Source: Nitrospirota bacterium (GTDB taxonomy: Bacteria > Nitrospirota > Thermodesulfovibrionia > Thermodesulfovibrionales > BMS3Bbin05). From it: 6,506 bases of DNA. Positions 1-6,506 of this stretch are shown here, piece after piece (position 1 is the first letter of the stretch; every line of letters begins with the position of its first letter). Location of the stretch: positions 1,569,393 to 1,575,898 of the forward strand of contig CP070669.1 in NCBI GenBank assembly GCA_020351835.1, in the 5' to 3' direction. The notes under the pieces are model-generated. The model had not been told where the DNA came from. It saw only the letters and a list, made by a program, of their open reading frames with translations, and made no database searches. A program made the position numbers and the translations under genes.

Positions 1-1
1 C

Positions 2-556
2 TCAGAACAGCAACCCTGCCCTTGCACCAATACGCCAGTTGTTGAAGTTTGTGGATGTGTCCTTATAACCCTCGGTGAGCTGCAATTTCATTTCGGCGCC
101 AAAGAAATACTGATCTCTTTTCAGATCGATCTCAGCAAAGAACTGGCCACCATAGAGCCAGTCGCTCTCATCAGAAGTGCCTGCAGAAATAGTGGCGTAA
201 TTATAAGAAAATCCTCCGCCCACGGCAGCTACAAGACCCTCCCCGGGCTGGACCGCATACTTAAGATTTATCTCTACGGGTATATACGATATATCTATTC
301 CGCTTCCTGAGGAGCTTGCATAACCAACCTCACCGCCAAAGTACAGGTCCGGCATCATCTCAGTAAAAGCCTCGACACCGGCGTAGATCCCTGTATCAAC
401 ATCCGAGCTCTCTAGAGAGCTATCAGAGAACTTAAGGTAGTCAAGTTTGACCGCGAAATGCCCTATCCCGAGTGGTTCGCGCCCCGCGGCAAAGACAGAG
501 CCGGATATGATGAACACAAAAATCAATACCAATAATGCTATGTGCACTTTCTTCAT
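2..556 (-). CDS. Small outer-membrane beta-barrel protein (OMP_b-brl / OmpW- or OmpA-barrel-like), 184 aa precursor with signal peptide
   Basis: I place the start at ATG 554..556 (M47 of the 2..694 track ORF). It sits 5 nt after a perfect AGGAGG SD (plus-strand cctcct, 562..567). The N-terminus MKKVHIALLVLIFVFIISGSVFA/AG is a classic Sec signal peptide with an A-x-A-like cleavage site. The mature part alternates hydrophobic and polar residues with Gly/Tyr-rich strands (YAGVEAF, YFGGEVGY, GGGFSYNY, YGGQFFAEI, FFGAEMKL). It ends in the OMP beta-signal ...RAGLLF with a terminal Phe. The stop is TGA at 2..4. The family call rests on motif recognition only. Confidence 0.75.
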   Translation of the reverse strand: MKKVHIALLVLIFVFIISGSVFAAGREPLGIGHFAVKLDYLKFSDSSLESSDVDTGIYAGVEAFTEMMPDLYFGGEVGYASSSGSGIDISYIPVEINLKYAVQPGEGLVAAVGGGFSYNYATISAGTSDESDWLYGGQFFAEIDLKRDQYFFGAEMKLQLTEGYKDTSTNFNNWRIGARAGLLF

Positions 557-620
557 ATTTACCTCCTTAATTGGGTTATATGATAATGGATCATTATAGG
601 CCTTTCCCCTCAATGATATG

Positions 621-649
621 ATTCTATCACTCAAAAAAATAATCGTCAA
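621..649 (-). promoter_or_regulatory. sigma70-type promoter for the OMP gene: TTGACG-N17-TAGAAT with a TGn extended -10
   Basis: The minus strand reads gTTGACGattatttttttgagTGaTAGAATcat. The -35 is at 644..649, the -10 at 621..626, and the spacer is exactly 17 nt with TG one base upstream of the -10. It lies between the hsp20 terminator and the OMP SD, predicting a 5' UTR of about 55-60 nt. Confidence 0.55.
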
Positions 650-699
650 CAAACGGCGAACGATAGCTATAAGGAACAAAAGGAAGAAATACATATATT

Positions 700-733
700 G
701 AAAAAAGAAGCGGAGGAGAAGGTCCTCCTCCGC
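700..733 (-). terminator. Rho-independent terminator closing the heat-shock operon
   Basis: The minus-strand RNA reads GCGGAGGAG-GACCUU-CUCCUCCGC followed by UUCUUUUUUC. This is a perfect 9-bp GC-rich stem (710..718 pairing with 725..733), a 6-nt loop and a U-tract (700..709). It begins 8 nt after the hsp20 stop codon (741..743). Confidence 0.85.
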
Positions 734-740
734 TATTATG

Positions 741-1205
741 TTAAGAAATGTCTACTTTTATCTCTTTTGGTTTTGATTCTTTCGTTCTCGGGAATACTAT
801 TTCGAGAACACCGTTCTTCATTGAGGCCTTGGCCTTTCCTCCGTCCACTTCAGCAGGTACTGTTATGGTCCTGGAGAACTTGCCATAAGAGATCTCCGAG
901 AGGTAATAGTCATCCTCCTTGATCTCCTCGCTTTTCCTGACCTCGCCCTTGATAGTAAGAGTGTCATCCGTTATTGACAGCTCAACATCCTCTTTTTCGA
1001 TCCCCGGAAGCTCCGCCCTTACTATAAGCTTATCCTTCTTGTTGATCAGCTCGAGGTTGGGTACTATCCCGGTCTCTCCGTCGTTCTTCGGCCATCCGAG
1101 AAGCTCCCTGCTCTGGATAGGTTCCATAAGGTCACCCATAAGCCTCTGCATATCCCTTCTGATACTGCTAAGCTCCCTAAATGGTGTCCATCTAACTACT
1201 GCCAT
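741..1205 (-). CDS. hsp20: Small heat-shock protein, Hsp20/alpha-crystallin family (154 aa)
   Basis: The protein has the alpha-crystallin domain pattern: LIVRAELPGIEKEDVELSITDDTLTIKGE...YGKFSRTITVPAEVD...ASMKNGVLEIVFPR (the AxxxxGVLxxxxP motif). The C-terminal tail carries a V-x-I anchoring motif (KVDIS). An AGGAGG SD (1212..1217) lies 6 nt before the ATG. Confidence 0.95.
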   Translation of the reverse strand: MAVVRWTPFRELSSIRRDMQRLMGDLMEPIQSRELLGWPKNDGETGIVPNLELINKKDKLIVRAELPGIEKEDVELSITDDTLTIKGEVRKSEEIKEDDYYLSEISYGKFSRTITVPAEVDGGKAKASMKNGVLEIVFPRTKESKPKEIKVDIS

Positions 1206-1248
1206 TGTACACCTCCTGTTAAGTTGTTATGTTCGAGCCTAAGGCTCA

Positions 1249-3897
1249 TCAGTTACGGGCAAATTCTCCTGCCCTGTCCATCTTACTAAAGACCATCACT
1301 CCATCCCTGTGGTCCACCTCTACGACATCGCCATCACCGAACCTGCCGGCAAGTATTTCCTTTGCAAGTGCGTTCAGGATCTCCTTTTGTATCGCCCTTT
1401 TAAGAGGTCTTGCCCCGAACACCGGATCATATCCGACCTCCGCAAGGTGCACCTTCGCCCTGTCCGTCAGAACTACATCGACCTTTTTATCCTTAAGATA
1501 CGTCTTCATCCTGTCGACCTGAATATCCACGATCTTCTTCAGCATCTCAACAGTAAGAGGATTGAACACGATAGTTTCATCTATCCTGTTCAGGAACTCC
1601 GGCCTGAAGAACTGCTTAAGGTCCTCCATTATCTTGCTCCTGAGCTCTACGTTATTAGAATCCCAATGCTCCTCTGTTAATGTACCGGCGCCTTCAAGCA
1701 ACTGCTGAATATGAACACTTCCAATGTTCGAGGTCATTATTACCACGGTGTTCCTGAAATCCACCGTCCGGCCGTGACCGTCCGTAAGCCTGCCGTCGTC
1801 AAGTAGTTGTAACAGCACATTGAAGACCTCAGGATGTGCCTTTTCTATCTCATCAAAGAGTATTACCGAGTAAGGCCTTCTTCTAACGGCTTCCGTTAAC
1901 TGACCTCCCTCATCATAGCCGACATATCCGGGCGGTGCCCCTATCATTCTTGAGACCGTATGCCTTTCCTGGTATTCCGACATATCTATCCTCTTCATCG
2001 CGTTATCGTCATCGAACATGAACTCCGCAAGTGCGCGAGCGAGCTCCGTCTTTCCTACTCCCGTAGGTCCAAGAAAAATGAACGAGCCTATCGGCCTGTT
2101 AGGGTCCTGTATCCCGGCACGAGCTCTTCTCACTGCGTCTGAGACAGCCTCGATAGCGTCATCCTGGCCTACAACCCTGAGCCTCAGTCTTTCCTCCATC
2201 TTCAGAAGCTTGGCCTTCTCTCCCTCGAGCATCTTGCTCACGGGTACTCCGCTCCACTTCGAGATGATCTCCGCGATATCCTCTTCATCGACCTCTTCCT
2301 TGAGCATCTTTCTCTGAGATTGCCTTTCGATAAGCTTGGAGTTCTCATTCTCGAGCTCCTTTTCGAGCTGGAGCAGTTTTCCATACTTCAACTCAGCCGC
2401 CTTTGTCAGGTCTCCCTCTCTCTCCGCCTTGCTTGCATCTATCTTTGTTTCCTCTATCTGCTCCTTTATATCCCTTATGTTCTGGATTATCTCCTTTTCA
2501 CTCATCCATTGCGCCCTTAGCCCGCCCCGCTTCTCCTCGAGATCGGCTATCTCCTGACCGAGCTTGTTAAGCTTCTCTTTTGCATCTGAAGTGTTCTCCT
2601 TCATAACCGCCTGTCTTTCTATCTCCAACTGCCTTATTCTTCTTTCTATCTCGTCAAGCTCGGTCGGCATGCTGTCGATCTCCATCCTTAGCTTGGAGGC
2701 CGCCTCATCTATCAGGTCTATAGCCTTGTCAGGAAGGTGCCTTTCCGTAAGGTACCTGTTAGACAGGACCGATGCAGCTATCAGGGCCGAATCCTTTATC
2801 TTTACGCCGTGATGTACCTCATACTTCTCTTTTAACCCTCTCAGTATCGATATAGAATCCTCGACGCTCGGTTCATTTATATATACAGGCTGAAACCTGC
2901 GCTCAAGGGCGGCATCCTTTTCAATATGTTTCCTGTACTCATCAAGGGTGGTCGCTCCTACACATCTAAGCTCACCGCGGGCAAGTGCCGGCTTCAGCAT
3001 GTTGGAGGCATCGACCGCTCCTTCAGCAGCTCCCGCCCCGACAAGTGTATGCATCTCGTCGATGAACATTATCACCCTTCCTTCAGCCTGTTCTACCTCT
3101 TTCAGCACCGCTTTAAGTCTTTCTTCGAACTCTCCCCTGTATTTCGATCCAGCAATAAGAGCACCTATATCAAGTGCAACTACTTTCTTGTTCTTGATGG
3201 TCTCCGGCACATCACCCTCGGCTATCCTCTGGGCAAGTCCCTCAGCAATAGCCGTCTTTCCCACCCCGGGATCACCTATCAGGACGGGATTGTTCTTAGT
3301 CCTTCTGGATAGGACCTGCATCACCCTTCTTATCTCATCGTCCCTTCCGATAACTGGATCTAACTTATGTTTTGACGCAAGGTCCGTAAGGTCTTTGGCA
3401 TAGCGCTTGAGTGCCTGGTACTTATCTTCGGGGTTTGGGTCGGTCACTCTCTGCGAACCCCTTACCGTTTGCATCGCTCCAAGAAATGAGTCCTTTGCAA
3501 CGTTATAGCGCTTCAAAAGGTCGGACGCCTTTCCACCGACAACTATCAAACCAAGGATTATGTGCTCTACCGATATATATTCATCGTTCAGGTGGCCGGC
3601 CTCCTTCATGGCAATATCAAACACTTCCTTAACTTTTGCCGAAACGTATATCTGTCCCATAGGCGTAGCACCCGAGACCTTAGGCAATCTTTCAAGCTCG
3701 ACATCTACATCCTTCTTCATGAGTTTCGGGTCCACTCCCAGCGACTGTATGATCTGATATACGACCGACTCGTCGTCCACAAGTAACGCTGACAGCAAGT
3801 GCTCGGGCTGTACCTCCTGATTGCCCAGACGCTCGGCTATGCTCTGCGCTTCCTGTAACGCTTCCTGGCTCTTTATGGTCAATTTATCCAGTCTCAT
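1249..3897 (-). CDS. clpB: ClpB (Hsp104-family) AAA+ protein disaggregase, 882 aa
   Basis: The full ClpB architecture is present. The Clp N-domain starts [21 protein letters not shown]1 has Walker A GDPGVGKT, the pore-loop region [14 protein letters not shown] and Walker [16 protein letters not shown] long coiled-coil middle domain follows ([17 protein letters not shown]...[13 protein letters not shown]). NBD2 has Walker [16 protein letters not shown], Walker [12 protein letters not shown] and sensor-2 [10 protein letters not shown]. An AGGAGG SD (3905..3910) lies 7 nt before the ATG. Confidence 0.98.
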   Translation of the reverse strand: MRLDKLTIKSQEALQEAQSIAERLGNQEVQPEHLLSALLVDDESVVYQIIQSLGVDPKLMKKDVDVELERLPKVSGATPMGQIYVSAKVKEVFDIAMKEAGHLNDEYISVEHIILGLIVVGGKASDLLKRYNVAKDSFLGAMQTVRGSQRVTDPNPEDKYQALKRYAKDLTDLASKHKLDPVIGRDDEIRRVMQVLSRRTKNNPVLIGDPGVGKTAIAEGLAQRIAEGDVPETIKNKKVVALDIGALIAGSKYRGEFEERLKAVLKEVEQAEGRVIMFIDEMHTLVGAGAAEGAVDASNMLKPALARGELRCVGATTLDEYRKHIEKDAALERRFQPVYINEPSVEDSISILRGLKEKYEVHHGVKIKDSALIAASVLSNRYLTERHLPDKAIDLIDEAASKLRMEIDSMPTELDEIERRIRQLEIERQAVMKENTSDAKEKLNKLGQEIADLEEKRGGLRAQWMSEKEIIQNIRDIKEQIEETKIDASKAEREGDLTKAAELKYGKLLQLEKELENENSKLIERQSQRKMLKEEVDEEDIAEIISKWSGVPVSKMLEGEKAKLLKMEERLRLRVVGQDDAIEAVSDAVRRARAGIQDPNRPIGSFIFLGPTGVGKTELARALAEFMFDDDNAMKRIDMSEYQERHTVSRMIGAPPGYVGYDEGGQLTEAVRRRPYSVILFDEIEKAHPEVFNVLLQLLDDGRLTDGHGRTVDFRNTVVIMTSNIGSVHIQQLLEGAGTLTEEHWDSNNVELRSKIMEDLKQFFRPEFLNRIDETIVFNPLTVEMLKKIVDIQVDRMKTYLKDKKVDVVLTDRAKVHLAEVGYDPVFGARPLKRAIQKEILNALAKEILAGRFGDGDVVEVDHRDGVMVFSKMDRAGEFARN

Positions 3898-3939
3898 CTT
3901 CCTGCCTCCTGAACATCTTAATTAGTCCTCTCTCCCCTC

Positions 3940-4284
3940 TTATCCACCAAATATATCTCTAAGTCTTCTTCTGAAGTCATCCTGCATTTCGTCATCCAGC
4001 TCTTTCATCATATCCTCCATCTCTTTCTGAAGGCTTTCCATCCTCTTTTTCATTCTGAGTATTATCTCTACACCCGCCTTGTTAACACCCATCTCCCTCG
4101 TAAGCTGGAGGATGAGATCTATCTTCTCGATATCATTCTCAGAATATTGCCTCTGTCTGTTACGTCTTTTAGGGCAAACAAGCCCTTCTCTTTCGTAAAG
4201 TCTCAATGTCTGTGGATGAACCCCGAGCATCCTCGATACAACACTGATAACATACAGGGGCTCGCTTTTATCTCTTTCGTTCAT
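3940..4284 (-). CDS. hspR: MerR-family heat-shock transcriptional repressor, HspR-like (114 aa)
   Basis: The N-terminal MerR HTH reads YVISVVSRMLGVHPQTLRLYEREGLVCPKRRNRQRQYSENDIEKIDLILQLTREMGVNKAGVEIIL. This fits the HspR signature (HPQTLRxYxRxGLVxPxR...RxYSxxDIxxLxxIxxL...GxNxAG) as I recall it from Streptomyces and Helicobacter HspR. The C-terminal tail is acidic and coiled. The gene sits 2 nt downstream of dnaJ, the classic position of hspR after a J-protein gene. Confidence 0.8.
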   Translation of the reverse strand: MNERDKSEPLYVISVVSRMLGVHPQTLRLYEREGLVCPKRRNRQRQYSENDIEKIDLILQLTREMGVNKAGVEIILRMKKRMESLQKEMEDMMKELDDEMQDDFRRRLRDIFGG

Positions 4285-4286
4285 CC

Positions 4287-5372
4287 TTATACCATTCCCT
4301 TACGCGGGTCTTCCGAGTAATATTTATCGAGCTCCTCGATGAGCTCTTCCGCCTTTTTATCCAGTTTATCAGGCACAGAGATATAGACCTCTGCATACTG
4401 GTCACCTCTGTTGCCTGTCCTCGGGGAAGGCATTCCCTTTCCTTTAAGCCTGAACCTCTTCCCGCCGGACGTCCCGGACGGTATCGTCATGAACGACCCC
4501 CCCTCTATTGTTGGCACCTTTATCTTCGAACCAAGCGATGCCTCCTTTATCGTAATAGGTACCTTTATATGTATGTCATCTCCGTCCCTCCTGAACAGCT
4601 TGTGCGGCTGTACCGAGATCCTGAAATAAAGATCTCCGGGCGGTCCACCGCCTTGTCCGGGACCTCCCTTGCCCCTTACCTTCACCCTGGATCCTGTATC
4701 AACACCTGCAGGGATCTTTACCTTTATCGTCTCTGTCCTGTTCACCGTCCCTCTGCCGGAGCATTTGTTGCATAGTTGGGTTATCTTCTTTCCGGACCCG
4801 CCGCACTGACCGCAGGCCTGGGTCATACTGAAAAAACCCTTCGTCGACTGTACACTGCCAGAGCCGCCGCAGCCGCTGCAGGTGTCCATCTTCTCAGCTC
4901 CGCTTCCGTTACATGTAGTACAGCTTATATCCCTGTTCATAGACACTGAACGCGTAATACCTGAGAAGGCCTCGTTCAGATTAAGGCTCATCGCCGCCTC
5001 GGCATCGGCTCCGCGTAACCTCAGTGTCCCTGTCCCTCTTCCGTCACTGAAACCGAACAGGTCCGAGAATATATCTCCGAACATTCCGGTCCCCTGGCCT
5101 CCTCGTCCGAAACCGGTAAAACCTTCAAAGTCGAATCCTCCCGGCCCGAACGGGGATCTGCCGCCCTCGTCATACTCCTTCCTTTTCTTTTCATCACCAA
5201 GTACCGCGTATGCTTCACTGATCTCCTTGAACTTCTTTTCTGCCTCAGCATCGCCGGGATTGAGGTCAGGGTGATACTGACGCGCAAGCTTCCTGTACAC
5301 CTTCTTGATCTCTTCCTTAGATGAATCCTTTTTTACGCCAAGTATCTCGTAATAGTCCTTAACGGTCGTCAT
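4287..5372 (-). CDS. dnaJ: Type I DnaJ/Hsp40 co-chaperone (361 aa)
   Basis: The J-domain reads [36 protein letters not shown] and includes the HPD motif. A Gly/Phe-rich linker follows ([33 protein letters not shown]). Four CxxCxGxG zinc-finger repeats are present ([32 protein letters not shown]). The C-terminal substrate-binding domains include [24 protein letters not shown] purine-rich SD region GGAGAAGAGGAAA directly precedes the ATG. Confidence 0.95.
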   Translation of the reverse strand: MTTVKDYYEILGVKKDSSKEEIKKVYRKLARQYHPDLNPGDAEAEKKFKEISEAYAVLGDEKKRKEYDEGGRSPFGPGGFDFEGFTGFGRGGQGTGMFGDIFSDLFGFSDGRGTGTLRLRGADAEAAMSLNLNEAFSGITRSVSMNRDISCTTCNGSGAEKMDTCSGCGGSGSVQSTKGFFSMTQACGQCGGSGKKITQLCNKCSGRGTVNRTETIKVKIPAGVDTGSRVKVRGKGGPGQGGGPPGDLYFRISVQPHKLFRRDGDDIHIKVPITIKEASLGSKIKVPTIEGGSFMTIPSGTSGGKRFRLKGKGMPSPRTGNRGDQYAEVYISVPDKLDKKAEELIEELDKYYSEDPRKGMV

Positions 5373-5398
5373 TTTCCTCTTCTCCAGTCATGATTCAT

Positions 5399-5427
5399 AT
5401 TATACAAGTTGATAAGAGTCATGTCAA
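5399..5427 (-). promoter_or_regulatory. Perfect-consensus sigma70 promoter of the dnaJ-hspR-clpB-hsp20 operon (TTGACA-N17-TATAAT)
   Basis: The minus strand reads tacTTGACAtgactcttatcaacttgTATAATatgaatca. The -35 is at 5422..5427 and the -10 at 5399..5404, both 6/6 to consensus, with an optimal 17-nt spacer. The predicted TSS is near 5392, about 20 nt upstream of the dnaJ ATG. An A/T-rich tract immediately upstream (5429..5460) is positioned like an UP element. Confidence 0.7.
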
Positions 5428-5428
5428 G
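5408..5428. promoter_or_regulatory. HAIR-like inverted repeat (candidate HspR operator) overlapping the -35 box and spacer
   Basis: The minus strand reads CTTGACA-tgactct-TATCAAC, against the HAIR consensus CTTGAGT-N7-ACTCAAG. It matches 9 of 14 specified positions, with the TTGA-N11-TCAA core at canonical spacing. The symmetry is weak (4-bp perfect arms) and the left arm is partly dictated by the -35 hexamer. The call rests mainly on context, since hspR is encoded in the operon. Confidence 0.35.
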
Positions 5429-5476
5429 TATTTTCAAACGATATATATAATATATTGACTATATATTATAGTATTT

Positions 5477-6506
5477 ATGTTAATATGTAAAGTGCCGAAA
5501 GTTATTGTAAGGAAAGAAGAATATGACAGTCCTACACTGCCCGTAACTGTATCAGGGATGCTCGAAGACCTGCTGTCAGCTTACGCACTGAAGGGGATGA
5601 ATATTCTCGTAAAGCCCAACCTCTTGATGGCCGCCCCTCCCGAAAAGGCTATCACTACACACCCCCTGCTGATAAGGAATGTATCATCATGGCTTCTGGA
5701 TCAGGGGGCGAACGTTACGATAGCTGACAGCCCGGGACGCGACAGTTTCAACAGGATCATTGACGTGTGCGGTATCCGAAGGTCCCTTGCCGGCCTCAGT
5801 GTAAAAATAGAAGAGTTCATGGACAAAACAACCGTGAAAACCGATCTTAATTTCAAAAACCTCGAACTGGCATCAAGTGCTGTCGATGCCGATCTGATTG
5901 TTAACCTGCCAAAATTAAAGACCCATTCACAGATGCTGCTTACCCTTTGTGTTAAAAACCTGTTCGGCTGCGTTGTCGGAATGCAGAAACCTCAATGGCA
6001 TTTCAGGACAGGCGCAGATCTTGATATGTTCGCTAAATTGCTAATACAAATATATTTGAACTTAAAACCATCCGTTACAATACTTGACGGCATTCTTGCC
6101 ATGGAGGGACAGGGGCCCGGTACACGTGGTACCCCAAGACATCTCGGGATCATAATGGGATCGGAGGATGCGATTGCACTGGATCACCTTGTAGCTCAGA
6201 TGCTTAAGATCGATCCTCTGACCGTTCCTGTATTGAAGGCAGCGAATGACCTGGGAATTCTAAAGGAGGCTGATGCTGACGGCTCCCTCCCTGAAGTAGT
6301 CGGCTTTAGACTGCCCGGAACGAAGGACCTTCGTTTTGGCCCTCGATATCTTCACAGGTTCTTTAGAAAGCACATAACTCGCAGGCCCCTTGAGGAAAGA
6401 GACAAGTGTCTGATGTGCCTGGAGTGTGCAAGCCACTGTCCGGTCACCGCCATAGAGGAAAAAAGGGGACGCCTTCACTTCGATTACGATAAGTGTATAA
6501 GGTGTT
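5477..6506 (+). CDS. DUF362-domain protein with C-terminal 4Fe-4S ferredoxin-type domain (3'-truncated by the window edge; start uncertain)
   Basis: This gene is not in the supplied ORF track. I translated the frame with codons starting at 5477, 5480 and so on. It is open from the TGA at 5456..5458 to the window end. The translation reads (MLICK)VPKVIVRKEEYDSPTLPVTVSGMLEDLLSAYALKGMNILVKPNLLMAAPPEKAITTHPLLIRNVSSWLLDQGANVTIADSPG...DLIVNLPKLKTHSQMLLTLCVKNLFGCV...ILDGILAMEGQGPGTRGTP...DKCLMCLECASHCPVTAIEE...DYDKCIRC. The KPNL, TTHP, LPKLKTH, KNxFG and DGxxAMEGxGP motifs are typical of DUF362 (PF04015). CxxCxxCxxxCP followed by a second CxxC marks a 4Fe-4S dicluster domain. Candidate starts are ATG 5477 and GTG 5492; the latter gives MPKVIVRKEEYD, closer to typical DUF362 N-termini. 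Neither has an SD. The last complete codon ends at 6505. Confidence 0.85.
   Translation, partial: MLICKVPKVIVRKEEYDSPTLPVTVSGMLEDLLSAYALKGMNILVKPNLLMAAPPEKAITTHPLLIRNVSSWLLDQGANVTIADSPGRDSFNRIIDVCGIRRSLAGLSVKIEEFMDKTTVKTDLNFKNLELASSAVDADLIVNLPKLKTHSQMLLTLCVKNLFGCVVGMQKPQWHFRTGADLDMFAKLLIQIYLNLKPSVTILDGILAMEGQGPGTRGTPRHLGIIMGSEDAIALDHLVAQMLKIDPLTVPVLKAANDLGILKEADADGSLPEVVGFRLPGTKDLRFGPRYLHRFFRKHITRRPLEERDKCLMCLECASHCPVTAIEEKRGRLHFDYDKCIRC

Noticed and set aside
557-694. The 46-codon N-terminal extension of the 2..694 track ORF (MYFFLLFLIAIVRRLL...)
   Set aside because: The internal ATG at 554..556 has a perfect AGGAGG SD and is followed at once by a canonical signal peptide. The extension would bury that peptide and would overlap the predicted promoter (621..649). 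The extension is most likely non-coding leader and promoter DNA.
698-1242. Plus-strand ORFs 698..922 (74 aa) and 919..1242 (107 aa)
   Set aside because: They are antisense to the well-supported hsp20 gene and low in complexity (Ser/Leu-rich). They have no SD, and one spans the terminator hairpin. These are typical shadow ORFs.
1235-1247. Hairpin GAGCC-uua-GGCUC directly after the clpB stop codon, considered as a terminator, attenuator or hsp20 RNA thermometer
   Set aside because: The stem is only 5 bp with no U-tract, so it is not a credible intrinsic terminator. It does not pair with the hsp20 SD (1212..1217), and I found no anti-SD (CCUCC/UCCU) segment nearby. At most it is a minor mRNA-stability element.
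1229-3786. Many plus-strand ORFs (60-151 aa) across 1229..3786
   Set aside because: All are antisense to clpB, whose identity is unambiguous. Their Ser/Leu/Pro-rich, low-complexity translations are what the reverse frames of a Glu/Lys/Leu-rich gene would give. I recognise no motifs in them.
4411-5287. ORFs inside dnaJ: plus-strand 4411..4629, 4569..4775 and 4882..5274, and same-strand alternate-frame 5021..5287 (88 aa, Arg-rich)
   Set aside because: They overlap the Gly/Phe-rich and zinc-finger regions of dnaJ. Their composition (Pro/Ser-rich or Arg-rich) is explained by frame-shifted reading of GGN/TTC-rich codons. They have no SD and no recognisable domain.
5373-5460. CIRCE (HrcA operator TTAGCACTC-N9-GAGTGCTAA) or a sigma32-type promoter upstream of dnaJ
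   Set aside because: I found no CIRCE-like sequence on either strand. A TTGAAA hexamer (5432..5437, minus strand) resembles the sigma32 -35. However, the sequence 12 nt downstream (ACTCTTAT) is a poor match to CCCCATnT, and the spacing is short.
5523-5546. ATG at 5523 preceded by the purine-rich ggaaagaagaat, looking like an SD plus start
   Set aside because: That frame reads MTVLHCP and then hits TAA at 5544..5546. The purine-rich stretch instead encodes RKEE in the DUF362 frame.
6260-6478. Minus-strand 72-aa ORF, the only track ORF in the right-hand kilobase
   Set aside because: It lies antisense to the continuous DUF362/4Fe-4S frame, which has strong family motifs. This ORF has no SD and no recognisable motif.
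1-6506. Searched for CRISPR repeats, transposase/integrase genes, terminal inverted repeats, tRNA/rRNA, toxin-antitoxin pairs or a defence-type gene cluster
   Set aside because: I saw no periodic direct repeats, no mobile-element coding motifs and no structured RNA signatures. Every long ORF is explained by chaperone, OMP or DUF362 genes. The window reads as core housekeeping and stress-response DNA rather than an accessory island.

Overview
The window is dominated by one minus-strand heat-shock operon: dnaJ (4287..5372), hspR (3940..4284), clpB (1249..3897) and hsp20 (741..1205). Gene gaps are 2, 42 and 43 nt. The operon starts at a perfect-consensus sigma70 promoter (TTGACA-N17-TATAAT, 5399..5427) that overlaps a weak HAIR-like inverted repeat. 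It ends at a strong Rho-independent terminator (700..733). Downstream on the same strand is a separately promoted small outer-membrane beta-barrel gene (2..556), whose true start is well inside the 2..694 track ORF. Diverging from the heat-shock promoter across a 13% GC spacer is a plus-strand gene missing from the ORF track because it runs off the right edge. I translated it by hand as a DUF362-family protein with a C-terminal 4Fe-4S ferredoxin domain (about 5477/5492 to beyond 6506). I found no rRNA, tRNA, CRISPR array, transposase, integrase or long repeat. I do not see convincing evidence for an undescribed multi-gene system. The points worth a second look are regulatory: the fused HspR regulon without dnaK/grpE, the operator-in-promoter arrangement, a conserved internal GTG in clpB, the SD-less DUF362 start, and a Fur-box-like palindrome in the OMP leader. 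The OMP with a C-terminal Phe implies a diderm host; I cannot assign taxonomy from sequence alone.
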